DNA of 64,000 nucleotides, taken from positions 22,010,001-22,074,000 of the forward strand of contig JBHGNT010000009.1 in NCBI GenBank assembly GCA_043228905.1, given 5' to 3'. Source of the DNA: Azolla caroliniana. Its lineage: Eukaryota > Plantae > Polypodiophyta. The notes below the pieces were generated by a model. The model was not told where the DNA came from. It ran no database searches and was given only the letters and a program-made list of their open reading frames with translations. Both the position numbers and the translations under genes were made by a program. Shown in pieces: positions 49,431 to 62,500 of the stretch; position 1 is the first letter of the stretch; each line of letters opens with the position of its first letter.

Positions 49431-50679
49431 TATTTTTTTCCCCATCTTGTTTAAACCATATCTCCGATTCCATGGAATCCTCATGAAGAAATAGGAAATT
49501 TTGATTAGTCTCAGAAAACGAATTTTCAACTAGAGCTTTGTTGAGGAGCATCTACCGCCCTAAGCAATGGAAAGGTTCTATGTTGGCAAAGGATACAAGG
49601 TAAGCTCATAGAACAAGGTGGTGCCTATTTATTTGTTCTTGTATCCTAAGGAAAAATTGGACATCTTCATATTAGTAATGGTGGTATACTAGAAGATTGC
49701 ACCTGAAAAGGGCAAGGAGGTTCCACCATACGGGAACTAGCACAATAAAGTATTTTTTAGAGAAGCAAGACACTGCAAGGACAATGTGAAAGCATTGCCA
49801 ACATGATGTAAGGTTTTGAGTTGGAAGTTTTAGGCAATGGGTTTAATGCTCTATATTCATTCAATGCAAGTCAGTACAACAAAATTCCATGAAGATATCT
49901 GGCTCTTGAATTGAAGAAATACAAATAGAAAGTTTTCATTGACAGTGTTCCATGAATTCTCGTCTATGTAAATGAATTGAAAATTGATCCATAATTGGTG
50001 GTCTCCTAGGTATGTAAGTGGGGTAAATCTTTGTGCATAGATGGCCAAACCCCAGCTTTAGCGGATTTCTATATTTGTATTATGGGAATGATCTGTTCAT
50101 AATACAATACCTCTCTTACATCATTCAATCAAAACAATTGAATCACACAGGAAATGGATTTTTGAACATTTTGAAGCATTGTAAATATTAATAATCTGGA
50201 AGTTACAAAATTTAAGTTCTATCTTTGATGAGCATTTGAGATTTTCCTATCTTTGTGGTATTTTCCTTAATCATAATTGAAAATCCATTTTGATTTTCTT
50301 CGTCTCTGTTTGTATGTGCGCAGTATTAGGTTCTATTAAGTTACAAGATGTTCAGGCAGCCTCTTGTAGTTGAACTTAACATGGGGTTTCTACTCAATCA
50401 ATGTTGGGTCAATCTTTGACCTTTGTTTGTGTAAATATTGGTGCCATTATCAAGGAATTTCCCTTGAATCCTCCCCATTAATCTTCAAATTAGATTCAGG
50501 CCTATAAACACTTAAATCTTTGCAATTTTGACTGTTTGAATCCAATTGATTCATTCCTTACCTAGGCCCCACAACATTCTGCTTTTGCACTTCTCTCAAT
50601 TCAGAACCTGGATGATTTTGCCTTTGCATGCATGTTCTTTTGCAATTTGTGCAACAAATCATTATAAAAACTCTTCACG

Positions 50680-51450
50680 TTGTTATAACAAATGAATAAG
50701 TATACTTTGTCCTTGAGTGTAATATTTGTTTTCGAAAATTCTCAAAAGAAAAACGAGGTAGTTTTGGCACAGACTATTTGTTGAGAACAAGAATGAATCA
50801 AAATAAATAAGAAAAGGAAGAGGGAAAGAAGTGTATTAACAAGAAGAACGAGCTTAGAAGAATATGCTAGAGATTGATATTGAATCAAAAATTGAGTCAA
50901 AATGGTTCATCAATTGTGAAAGCACTATTTATATTTTGTGCTCGACACCTTTATGCTTGCCACCTTAGATCCATGCATGATCACCATTTGGATTCGTGCA
51001 AGCATGTTATTTTGTGATCATGCATAACCTATGAGAGATGGTGGCATCTCTTAATATTACATGCATGGTCAATACTATTCATGAAATTTTGGTATCAACG
51101 CATCAAGAATTTGGTTAAAAAGATAAACATTGACACCATTGGGAAGATCAAGACGATAGGTTGATGAATCAATATGCTTTAAGACTGTGAAAGGTTCACA
51201 AAAGGTTAATTTATTGCATGCACTTATGGATACAATTTTGGAATTTGGAGGTATATGTAATAACACGTTTTTCGAATGTTAAGTATATGAGCTTCCCATC
51301 ATGATTGGCATAAAAGCGTGCTCTATCTTGAGTTGTATTAATTTTATCGTTTGCAATATGCAACACTCCTTGAGAAAGTTTTGCATACTCTCTAATTTAT
51401 CTTGGGAAAAATTAACATCAATTGGGGCTTGTGACTAAAAAAGGATTATG
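50680..51450 (-). mobile_element. Highly degenerate Gypsy integrase C-terminal remnant
   Basis: PFTVLKHIDSSTYRLDLP resembles the integrase GPY/F module. Confidence 0.4.
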
Positions 51451-51463
51451 TCTAGTTTAAGTA

Positions 51464-53757
51464 TGTTAGAGATTGTTGAGAATGTTTAAAAGTTATAATT
51501 GCGAGCCCAACGGCTAGTTATTTCCAACAACTAGTTAGCCCAATGGCCATATCTTGGCCTTTATAAAGAGGAACTTTCTCCTCATGTAAAAATAAGCGAT
51601 CTCTGTATTTTCTCCCTCCAGTTGTGACATACCAATGTATATTATTGAAAAGATGTCCCTTCTCATTTTTCTTTATGGTATCAGAGCATAGATCCACCTC
51701 TTAGCAAAACCCTAGATCCACCCTTCTGCTGGTATGACAACGATTGGAACAACATTGTCCTAGCATCCAAGAGAGGAAATGGGTTTTTTTTTTTCATTTG
51801 GGATGACATTGCTATGTGATTGAGAGGTGACTTGAGAAAAGAAGTCAAAAGAGGAGAGCAAAGATAGGCCAAGTTGAGAAGATGGATGAGGTGTTCTCAA
51901 AATTGAACGATGATGAGGTGAAAACATCGGTGAAATACATGAAGCAGGCTGAGATTGTAGCATCTGGAGGTGTGACAGGAACACAACCACCACCCCGACT
52001 TGAACTCCTCCCAGTTGAGTTCAAACTTGATGGACCAGCCACATACTTGAGCTGGTCGCATTGGATTATAGGTGCCTTGGTAGGGAGAAGCCTTGACGGC
52101 CACCTAACGGGAGAAGAGAAAGAACCTCTTGTCACAACGAGAAATGAATGAAAAGCATGGAGAGCTACCCACATGTCTTTGTACACGTGGCTTCTCAACT
52201 CCATGATTCCATCAATCACCACAACAGTTGATGGAATTTTAAGTGTGAAGGAGATATGGGAGAAATTGCAAAAGCCGTATGCTGGGAGGGGAAACAACAT
52301 GAGAGTATTTCAAATCGAGCAAGAGATAGATGTTGTTTGGCAGAGAGATAGGATGATTTAGGAATATGCCATAGAGCTGGAGCGTTTATGGACAGAATAA
52401 TTTCTTGCTTGTGATAGTGTGCAATGATCCTCAATGTAAGAGCAAGGAAAATTTCTGCTCAAAGAAAAACCATGCAAATTTTGAAACTTCTCAACCCATC
52501 GTTTGATCAAAGAAGGGCAGTTCTTCTAGCCAAGGCTGAAATTCCCACACTTGATGAGGCAATTGCGACTATGATACAAGAGGAGAGTAGAATGAAGTTG
52601 CTCTCTGACACTACCGGACTTCTAGGGGTACGATCATCACTAATGGTGTCAAATTCAAGCGGATGTGAAAATAAAAAATGCTACAATTGTGTGAAGCTGG
52701 TCATTTAAAGAATGCTTGCCCTAAACCATCGAAGGAGAGAGAATATGGAGGACATGGACAAACTAGAGGTCGTGGTTGAGGGGGCCAAAGAGGTGCAAGA
52801 GGAGGTCACCAAGCAAACTTGATGGTAACAAAAGAAGAGGAAGGAACTAAGGTGGTGTTCATTGAAGAGGATCAAGCTCTCTTAGAAATACTTAGGAGGA
52901 AGCAAAGAGCCGTAGATGATACTTCATTCATGTCAAGAGGTAACATTACCACCTATGCTTATTCAACCACAAGTACTAGCAACACAAATACTCTTGTCTC
53001 TACACCAGAATGGATAATTGATTCTGGTGATCTAGGCATGTAACAGGTAATACTAGTGAATTCTCCTCGTATACTGACTTATCAATGCCAGAAAGCATTC
53101 AAATTGCCGACGGTACAACACAACCTATAGTGGGTATAGGTATAGTAAAATGTACTGACTCTGTGACATTGTCTAATGTGTTGCATACTCCTTCTTTCTT
53201 AGTAAACTTATTATCCATAAGTTCTATCATACACCAACTAAATTGTGTTGTTTCTTTTGATATTCCGAAGGTGATATTCCAAGAGAAAGGGACAGGTCGG
53301 AGACTTGGGACTAGCACATGGCATAATGGACTATGGTATTTGGATCGTGAAGGGTTGGATTCAGCATTATCATCTATGGTAGAGGGAACAGATGTAAGGG
53401 GATCTAAAATGAGTTATGAGGAGTTGTTGATACTTTACCACCAACGTATGGGACATAACTCTTATGGCGTTTTGAGTCGGGTGTATCCACACCTTTTTGA
53501 AAAGGCTGATAAAACAAAACTTGTTTGTGATGCATGTGAATTTGGTAAGCTTACTAAAAGCTCATATGCTAGTTCAGGTCATAGGAGTTCCCATGCATTT
53601 GATGTAATACACTCTGATGTTTGGGGACCATGTTCCACAAGTTCTATTAATGGATATCGATATTTTGTCTCTTTCATTGATTGCTTCTCTCGTGTGACTT
53701 GGTTATATTTGATGAGGAAAAAGAATGAAGTATTTGCTTGTTTTAAAGATTTTCATA
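51464..53757 (+). mobile_element. 3'-truncated Ty1/Copia element (short 5' LTR, PBS, degenerate gag-PR-integrase)
   Basis: LTR from TGTTAGAG (51464). Met-i PBS TGGTATCAGAGC at 51676-51687. Motifs KLDGPATYLSWS, CYNC zinc knuckle, WIIDSG, GAG-pre-integrase, IHSDVWGP...FIDCFSRVTW. Stops and frameshifts present; homology ends after FKDFH. Confidence 0.88.
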
Positions 53758-54816
53758 GAGAACACGTTCGCGTTCACAAGTGGAAGGATTGCGCATTCCA
53801 CTTGTAGAATCTTCTTAAAACGAAGCAAATACACCCTCTCTACAAAAATTGGATGCACTAGTATGCACTAGTATCACATGTTCCTCAACTTGATGAGAAT
53901 TTGCAAATATAAAAATACATGATAGATCTACGAGTGGAGATCATTAGAAATCATGCAAGTTTAGACACGTTGATAAGTTAATGTAGGCATAATAAAGTTC
54001 AACTATGGCTCAATATGTCACTACTGTGCGACAAGGGAAACACTAACTTAAAGAATTATATTAATTAGGTAAGTTTTACAAAAATATCAGGTGTACTTGT
54101 ATCCATACTAATAAAATGAGTTATAATTTATACTTTGACCCATACATGCATGTATGTAATTGTGGAAAATGTAGGATAGTGCACATTAGGATAAGTGATT
54201 GGAATAACTAACTTATTAAAGTATTCAATACTTGTATTTAAAGTTGATCTAATCTATTCCTCAGTTTGTTCATATGGGATCAAACCATATGTATATAATT
54301 GTGGACAATGTAAGGCAGTGAACTTTAGGATAATGTCGTGGAAATAACAAACCTATTAGGCTTTCATACTTGTATTTAAAATTGATCTACTCTATTGCTT
54401 AGGTGATTCACACAAGATCAAACTCCGAACGATAACGCAACTGGAACCATTATCAACACACTACACAATCTAAGCAGCAATGGAATAGAAACATAATAGT
54501 TTTAACAATAGAAGGCAAAGATCCATAATAACAACATGGACAGTCATGGCAACAATTATAGGGCCATGTTCTGTTAAGGTTAGCTTGGACCAAAATCAGC
54601 CTCAATTTAAACTAGTTCATGTTTCTCCATAAATTTGGTAGTCAACTATGCACGCGGTGAAACCAATGTCATAAATCTACTAACCAAGTATATAAAAATA
54701 AAATTGAAACATATAGAAGATTATAAAGAATAGAATCCACTAGGTAAAACCCAAAATTTGTATTAATAATGTGAAATCCTAACAAATCGTCAGTGTCATT
54801 TTCTTCATAGAGTCTA

Positions 54817-57800
54817 TTACATAGCAATCAATTCATCAACGTCATTTTCTTCATCATCTTGTGTAGAACTGTCTTCGGCTATACGTGCATTGGTTTCCCC
54901 TGTTAGCCGAGCCAACGAAATATCTTCTATAAGCTCATCATCAAGCTCTATTAGCTCCCCCGGTTCGCCGGCTAACGGAGGAATAGGCTCTCACGAAGCA
55001 GGTTGAAACCTTTCTGTATTGGCGAGGTTCTTTGCACCGACCTCCTCATCCTGGTCTGGGCACTCCCACAAAGCCTTAATCCACATATTAATAAATATAA
55101 CTTGGTCCTCGTCCTTCTCCAATGAAACTGTATTTCTAAAAAGCTTCAATGCACATGCAGACATAGTTCCTATGATGTAAGTAACAAGAAGATTTAGTTG
55201 TCAAACGAAAAAAAAGGGATTGGTTATCTCAAGATCGTTACCCTAGTTCGAGGAATACATGTGCCAGAAAAGAGATCTAATATCCAGTCTCCTTCGACAG
55301 AAAACATCTCGATCAAGCGCATCATAAGTCGTTGAGGTTTTTGGTATGGGTTGACAAGTCCCCGTTCTGTCATGGTGACATGTCGCAATTTCCGTGTCAC
55401 TGCTGGATATACCAACAGATTTGAACCTCCCACTTCATTAGAATGCTCCTTGATTCTCTGTTTCTTAATTTCATCGAAGTAGCCAACCATTATGTATTCA
55501 ATGGCATTAACGAACCGAAAAGTTGGCCCTCTATTTACATTGGTCTTGATCCTATAAAAAATAATACATCGAGTTAAGAATAGATTCAACAACCTTAAGA
55601 AATGCAATATAGTGAAAGACACCTATAAATAATCCTTACCATGCAAGGTTCTCGATGCCATGGCAACGAGATCTCAAAGCTTGAGCTACCGAGTACCCTT
55701 GGTCCATACTATGAAAGACAACTATTCGCCACAAGGATGCGGTCGTTAGCTCAACGAAATCCTTGACCATCTTCTCCAATTGTTTAAACCTAAACGGTTC
55801 ATCGTCGTATGATGACCTAGCCATTCGAAATCCGTAAGGAATATCTGCAATCATTAGCGTATATTCCTTCTTTGGCACCTTTTGGATCAAGTCGACGACA
55901 TCACCGCAAACCACATTGTAGTAAAAATCTCTCGTAATATCTTTTTTGTGGCTAAATTTTTTAAAGGAGCCATCTTCCTCCATTTCGTACGCCTTGACTA
56001 AGCGACGATCCTTTTCTTTTCTGGCTCGCTCGAGATGTGCAAGGAAGGATGTAGGGAAATCGTGTATATCCTTAACTTCTCCTTGTTTCTTGCCTCGACA
56101 CGGTTTCTAATAGAAGCAATAGGACATCAAGTATTATTATACGAGCTCTACATATGATAAAAGGGTAATGAAAAACCATCAATACTAACCCAATCCTTGA
56201 ATGCAATAAAATACTCTGATAACGCCTTATATGAAGACGTTAGAGGATAATCCTCGGTCACTTGTTCCCAAGTTATACATCCAAGTTGTTTCATCATAAC
56301 TTCTTAGATCTTCATGTACACCTTATGACTGTAAAATTAGAAATCAAGATTAGAACTTTGAATTACACCAGATAGACTACAATTTCAGTATTTGAAAGAC
56401 TTACTTATTGAACTCAATGACCATTTCTTCAAGGCTTAAATCTTTCGCCACAACCCTTGACAAAACAGACACAAGAAGCTGCTCGTCCTTAATACCTTGC
56501 ATCGCTCTCCATAGAGACAACTTCATGTCGTCTGCCGCTTCTTCAATTGTCAAGTCAATTTTCTTGGCGGCTTGTGACTTTAACTCTAGTTGAGGGTCAA
56601 CCTTACATTTCTTTTGTCGTTGACCCTTTACCTCCTTATTCTCCCACATTGAGAAGATTTGATCTTGTAGGTCCCATACTTCTCCATCTCTAAACGCCAA
56701 TTGAAACCAAGACTCATACTTTCGAAGACCATCGGACTTAACATTATCATCTACCACAATGCCGACTTCATGCAGACATTGACGTCGTAGGCCTGGATGT
56801 AACTTCACACCAAACTTTTGTTTCACGTCTAAATACTCGTGGTGGAAGAACCGTATACGCTCAATGGACGACATTTTCTACCTATAGTCATTATCATTAT
56901 TATGGTCCCATGCCAACAACTTAGCCTCTTCGGTTGTGAGCCCAACATAAATTTTGCACTCGGCATACTTGAAGAAGAAAGTTGTTGGATGTTCTCTCAC
57001 AAGTTGCCGACGTGCCTCTGCTGAATGCGATCCACCAATGACAAAATAATTATATTGATCATGCTTTCTAATATCAAAATCTTCAATGGTTTCACATTCT
57101 TCAGGATCTACCATAACAATAAAAGGCACCACAGTAGCATGAGGATTAATTTTCATTTTTTTCTTGAGATTTTGAACATGCATGTGGTGTGGCTCTCTAA
57201 TCTCAAGTGGTCGTCGACCTGTTTTTTCATCAATAGGGGCCCGATGGATGTGTGTTATAGGCAAATTAAACACTTGCCCTTTCCTGACCAGTTTCCGTTG
57301 CATTAACTCTCTCCTTATCTTATTCTGCTCGGATGACAAAACACCCGAGGCCAGCTCAGCTCTTGGCGTCCCCTTATTATCCTCCTCTTCGTTTTCACTT
57401 GTTGAATCTGTGTCCGACATTTTGGTTGTCTTCTTCTTTGGTGGTCTTGACTGGACTTTGGAAAGCCTTTTTGTGGCCTTCAATGGGGAGGGCACTTCAT
57501 CTCTTAGAGTTACATGGCCTTGTATATAAGGCCTCAAGGTAACAATAAGGTTTTGTGAGCTTTCAAGATCTTTTTTGAACACTTCTGGCCCACAAGATTC
57601 CTTTACTAAAAGGTCTTCTGAAAGGAACACTTTACGTACCCCCTTGGAGCACTCTATCATTACCAGTATGTTGGCCGAATTTGCATATTCGTAGTCAAAT
57701 CGTAGAATACGGCCATACATAAATGGGGTTTCCTTTCCAAGTTGCCCCTCCCCCTTCTTCTTTGCTGTATACAATACGACTTTTTTCTTTGAGTCGACAT

Positions 57801-58762
57801 ATTGCATACACCATTCCTTGTCCGTTAGATCTCGGTCAGGAAGGTCTTCACCTCCAGTAGCGGCGACAAGTTTCTTTTGGCTAACATCAATATGTGGCTG
57901 AGATTTTATCTCTTCGTTGAAGAGAAGCTTTTTTCCTCTCTTCATGGTCTCAGGAACTACCTTGGTCTGGGCTTTGATTGGAGAACCCTGTATGCGAAGC
58001 TTTATTTTCTTCACGGGTCGGTCCGACAGGTTCTCAAACGACCTATTTAAGAAAGTATATGCAAAAACATAAGTTAGGTGGTCACGTAGATTAAGGTTGT
58101 ATATTAAAATATAAATATTAAGATGAAGAACAATTCTCACTAGTAGTCCTATATTCAAAAATCTATTCTAGGCAGGGCTATTCAACCTAGAAAATATATA
58201 TCGTAATAAGTAAACAGGGTTATATATTCTTTTAAAGAGTAGGTATGACTTATATAGATTCCAAACCTATATTGAGGAGAATTTGCTATCGTAAAGGCAA
58301 TTTAGGGATCATTTTCTACTATTTAAAGCTAAAGTAGGTCATAAAACACCTATAATTAGGGCATGTTTTTTTTTAAAAGTAAGGAAAGTCAACATAAAAA
58401 AGATTGATTTTGACAGACAATTTGATATCTTTTCCACACAATAATTAATTGTTACCCCAAAAACACAAATTTTCTCTCTCAAAGCCTTCTTTTATACAGG
58501 AGCTCGATACGGCATATCGAGTTCGTGTTTAAAACCTAAACTTTAAACAGGAACTCGATACGCCGTATCGAGTTCCTGTTTAAAAAGCAAAAACAAATTA
58601 TGAACTCGATACGCCGTATCGAGTTCCTGTATAAAGTTTGTATTGTATACAGGAACTCGATACGACGTATCGAGTTCTTGAGCGACGAAACATATTTACA
58701 AAAATGTCCACAGTGTTAGAGGCCTACCTGGAGTCCTCGCGCTCAATTCTCTTTGAAGACAT
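54817..58762 (-). pseudogene. Six-exon gene encoding a ParB/Srx-like domain + beta-class N6-adenine/N4-cytosine DNA methyltransferase, with nonsense lesions
   Basis: In-phase GT-AG exons 58728-58762, 56405-58042, 56190-56328, 55640-56106, 55259-55551, 54817-55169. ParB-like: FNLPITHIH...IREPHHMHVQNLKKKM...VVPFIVMV...YFVIGGSHSAEA. MTase motif IV IADIPYG precedes NPYQKP and motif I WILDLFSGT(G)TMSACALKLFRNTVSLEKD. In-frame stops at 56878-56880, 56304-56306, the exon 5/6 junction and ~54991. Confidence 0.8.
58500..58677. repeat. Array of four 25-bp palindromes GAACTCGATACGNCGTATCGAGTTC at exact 51-bp period
   Basis: Copies start at 58500 (degenerate), 58551, 58602 and 58653. Copy 2 extends to a perfect 21-bp-arm inverted repeat, 58542-58584. 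Confidence 0.92.
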
Positions 58763-58887
58763 GGTTGATCGTGTGGCAGTGGAGGCGGAGATCGCGCTTT
58801 GGTGCTTTGTGCTCTGTGTGCTCTGTGTGCTTTGTGTGCTCTGTACGCTCTGTACGGTCTTGTGAGTGAAATATGACGAGGTCTTCC

Positions 58888-58895
58888 TATTTATA
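58888..58895 (-). promoter_or_regulatory. TATA box of the ParB-methyltransferase gene
   Basis: CCTATAAATAGG on the minus strand, ~125 bp upstream of the ATG at 58762. 9-bp repeats (CAGAGCACA) lie in the putative 5' UTR. Confidence 0.55.
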
Positions 58896-59544
58896 GGGAT
58901 TGACCACATTGGTTCAAGTAACCATAGTCACCTTAACCAAGGTTGGTAAGTTTGAGGATAGTTAGTTGGTAACCACAATCACATTAACTAGAGTAACTTA
59001 TGATTCCATTAATGATTACAAAGTCAAACTAACATATTGATCAATCTTTTATAGTCATAACAACCTGCAATGACTTCAAAGGTCATGAAGGAGATGTCAG
59101 GAATAGTACTAAAACAGAGATGGAATTAGTACTAAGAACAACAGTACTATTAGTACTAAGAGGACGGGATTGCGTAAGATTCCCGAGAGAGGAAGTGAGA
59201 AGAGGAGAGAGAGAGAGATAGCGAGAATGAGAGAGAGAGAGAGATGATGACAACAACTATATATTATGTGAAAAGATAAGTACAAGCGGCTAAGAGGCTT
59301 AAGACTGGCGTTGAACCAATTTGGTTCAAAACAATGCCTTGTGCCTCCTTTTATAATGTTTTTAGGAATAATCCTGAAGCTTCTAGAATGTTCCAGAGAG
59401 ATCTGGAATATACATCAATTTTCTATGATAAAGTATAAATGAAAATAATATCCTACAAAATACAATTCATAATCTAATGGTAAGAGCTCGACCCATGTAG
59501 CATAAAGTCATGGGTTCGAGTCTTGCCATGACACTATCTCCCCC

Positions 59545-62500
59545 TTAAAGACGACGAGTGGAACGAGTCGGCGCTAATTGCGGACCGGGTTTGTCCGGAT
59601 ACTTTCGGTGGAAATCAGCAAGAAGATCTTGTGCATTGGCAACATTCTCGACGGGTTCCCAAGTACGTTCGCTCGGACTATAACCGAGCCAATCGACCAA
59701 GTAATAAAGTTTGTTGCGAACAAGTTTGGAATCGAGGATGGCAGCAACTTCATACTCCGGGCCGGCGTCCAACTCCAGCGGGGGCGGCGGTGGTGTCACA
59801 CGATCGGGAATGGTGTTTGCTTTATAAGGTTCAAGAAGAGAACAATGGAAAACCGGATGTATCTGAAGCTGCGGAGGGAGATCCAGGCGGAAGGTGACAT
59901 CATTAATCTTCCCCGTAATACGGAAAGGACCGAGTCGTCGATAATCCAACTTGTCGCACGGTCGAGTAGTCTTGATGTGACGACGTAAGAGCCATACTCG
60001 ATCTCCGATGGCAAAAGAGGAGGGAATCCGATGACGATCCGCATAAGTCTTCTGTGTGTGTTGAGCATGACGAAGGTGAGTAGAGAGATCCATCTGGATC
60101 TTGCGTAGCCTCTCCAAATGGTCCTCGACACGAGGGTTGGTAGGTAGCTCCGGAGTGTCGATCACCGACCAGCAAGGATGGAAACCGGTATAAGCGAGAA
60201 ATGGGGAGACCCGAGTCGAGGAGTGAATAGCATTATTATACGCAAACTCCGCAAAGTGGAGAATCTCGGCCCAATCGTCCTGTTGATAACTCAGGAAACA
60301 CCGGAGATATTGCTCCAACGTTTGGTTTGTTCGTTCCGCCTGTCCGTCAGTTTGAGGATGGTAGCCGGAGGAGAGGTTGCAGGAGACCTTGAGCATCCTG
60401 AAGAGATGCTGCCAAAATTTGGAGACAAATTGCGGGCCTCGGTCACTGATAATACTGTCTGGTAGGCCATGATGCCGAAATACCTCACGCATAACAAGAG
60501 CGGCGGTTTCCTCGCTAGTGATGGCTTTAGTACATGGCACAAAATGTGCCATCTTCGTATATCGATCGACGACGGTTAGGATAGCATCGAAACCCTTCGA
60601 GACCGGCAGATCTGTGATAAAATCAAGACAAATAGACTGCCATGGCTTACTTGGAATTGGTAAAGGTTCCAACAAGCCATATGGATGGTGTCGTGGCATC
60701 TTTGCTCGGCAGCAAGCATCACAGGTCCGAACGTAGTCGTCGACAAAACGGCGCATGTGGGGCCACCAAAAAGATCGCTGCACTAACTCCAACGTCTTGG
60801 TACTACCGAAATGTCCCGCCGTATGGGTGTCGTGACAATGTTGGACGATTTGAAGGCGACAGGAGCAATTGGGGACATATACGCGCTTTTTAAAGAATAA
60901 CAAACCATCATGATATTCGAATTGTCGGTAGTCAATACCTGGTTGTTGAGACTGAGAACAGGATGCCCGAGAAGTATCAATGTGCGCCAGGATGTCTTGA
61001 GCAAAACTATCCGTCTTCAAGGTTGCACGTATGTCATCGGTAATCCGTGAATCCATCGGGGTGTGAAAAATCCGCGTCGTGTGCAATAGTGTTGGTCCCA
61101 AGATTACTTGCTTTTGATTATCAAATGTTGCGTCACCAGGACGAGGTGCAAGATATGAACGCCGTGATAGTGCATCTGCTTTTCCTTGCTGCTTCCCCGG
61201 TCGATATGTGATTTCGAAGTTGAAACGCGTGAGGAATTGCGCCCACCGAGCTTGTCGTCGATTTAGTACACGAGCGTTCTGAAAATAAGCAAGATTTTTA
61301 TGATCGCTAAAGACAATGACCTGATGTGGAGAGCCCTCTAAGAAATGCCGCCATTGTACAAATGAATCCACGATGGCTAATAACTCCTTGTCATGTATTT
61401 CGTAGTTGATTTCTGCGACATTGAATTTGTGCGAATGGAAAGCCACCGGATGCAACTCTTCTTTATCGCCTTGTTGAGAAAGGATACTACCGAGGGCGAA
61501 ATCTGATGCGTCGGCCTCCATGATGAATGGTTTGCTTGTATCCACATGAGCTAGAATCGGTGCTGATGTAAAGGCTTTCTTAAGATGCCGAAAAGCCATA
61601 TCTGCTTCGATGGACCAAAGAAATGCTTGGCCCTTCTTCGTAAGTTGTGTGAGAGGTAAAATAATCTTCGAGTAATCCTGTATAAACTTACGGTAGAAGT
61701 TAGCAAAGCCTAGAAAACATTGTACATCTCGTACTGACCGTGGAATTTGCCACTCTAGTACAGTTTGGATTTTAGCTGGATCCATGGCGATGCCCTTTGA
61801 GGAGATGACGTAGCCTAGAAATTCCACTTGCTTGCAGTCAAAGCTACATTTCTCTAGCTTGGCATAAAGACCATTCTCGCGGAGTCGTTTTAGTACTAAT
61901 AGTACATGAGAATCGTGCTCTTCCTGGGTCTTCGAATAAATCAACAAATCATCCAGATAAATGATCAAACAGATATCCAAGAGGTCTCTGAATATATCAT
62001 TTGCCATGTGTTGGAAGACTGCGGGTGCATTGGTTAGGCCAAACGGCATAACAGTATACTCGAAATGCCCATACCGCGTGCGAAAAGCGGTCTTCCACTC
62101 ATCTCCCGGTCGGATCCGCACGAGATTATACGCTCCTCGTAGGTCGATTTTAGTAAAAAACTTGGCACCATTAACTCGCTCTAAAAGACTTGATATAAGA
62201 GGAAGTGCATACCTATTCCGGATGGTGACTTTATTCAATCCGCGGTAATCAACGACAAGACGAAGTGAGCCATCTTTCTTCTTGACAAAGAAGATGGGTG
62301 CACCGGCCGGAGATTTCGAATGACGGATGAACCCGCTTGCCAAGTTCTCCTCTATGTAGGCTCGAAGGACTTCTAACTCGGTGGGTGACAAGTTGTAAAT
62401 TGGTCCCCATGGTGGCTCGGTTCCTGGTTGTAAATCGATGGGACAGTCATAGGGACGGTGATGAGGAAGGGTACCGGCTTTTACCTTGTCAAATACATCG

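Noticed and set aside
58043-58158. ORF-track N-terminus (MNIGLLVRIV...) of the ParB-like ORF
   Set aside because: AT-rich intron sequence ending in a TAG acceptor at 58043. An in-phase upstream exon exists at 58728-58762.
58500-58677. CRISPR array interpretation of the regularly spaced palindromes
   Set aside because: Eukaryotic intron, no cas genes, only four units, and the spacers are related to one another (CTGT.TAAA / TA.ACAG ends) rather than unique.
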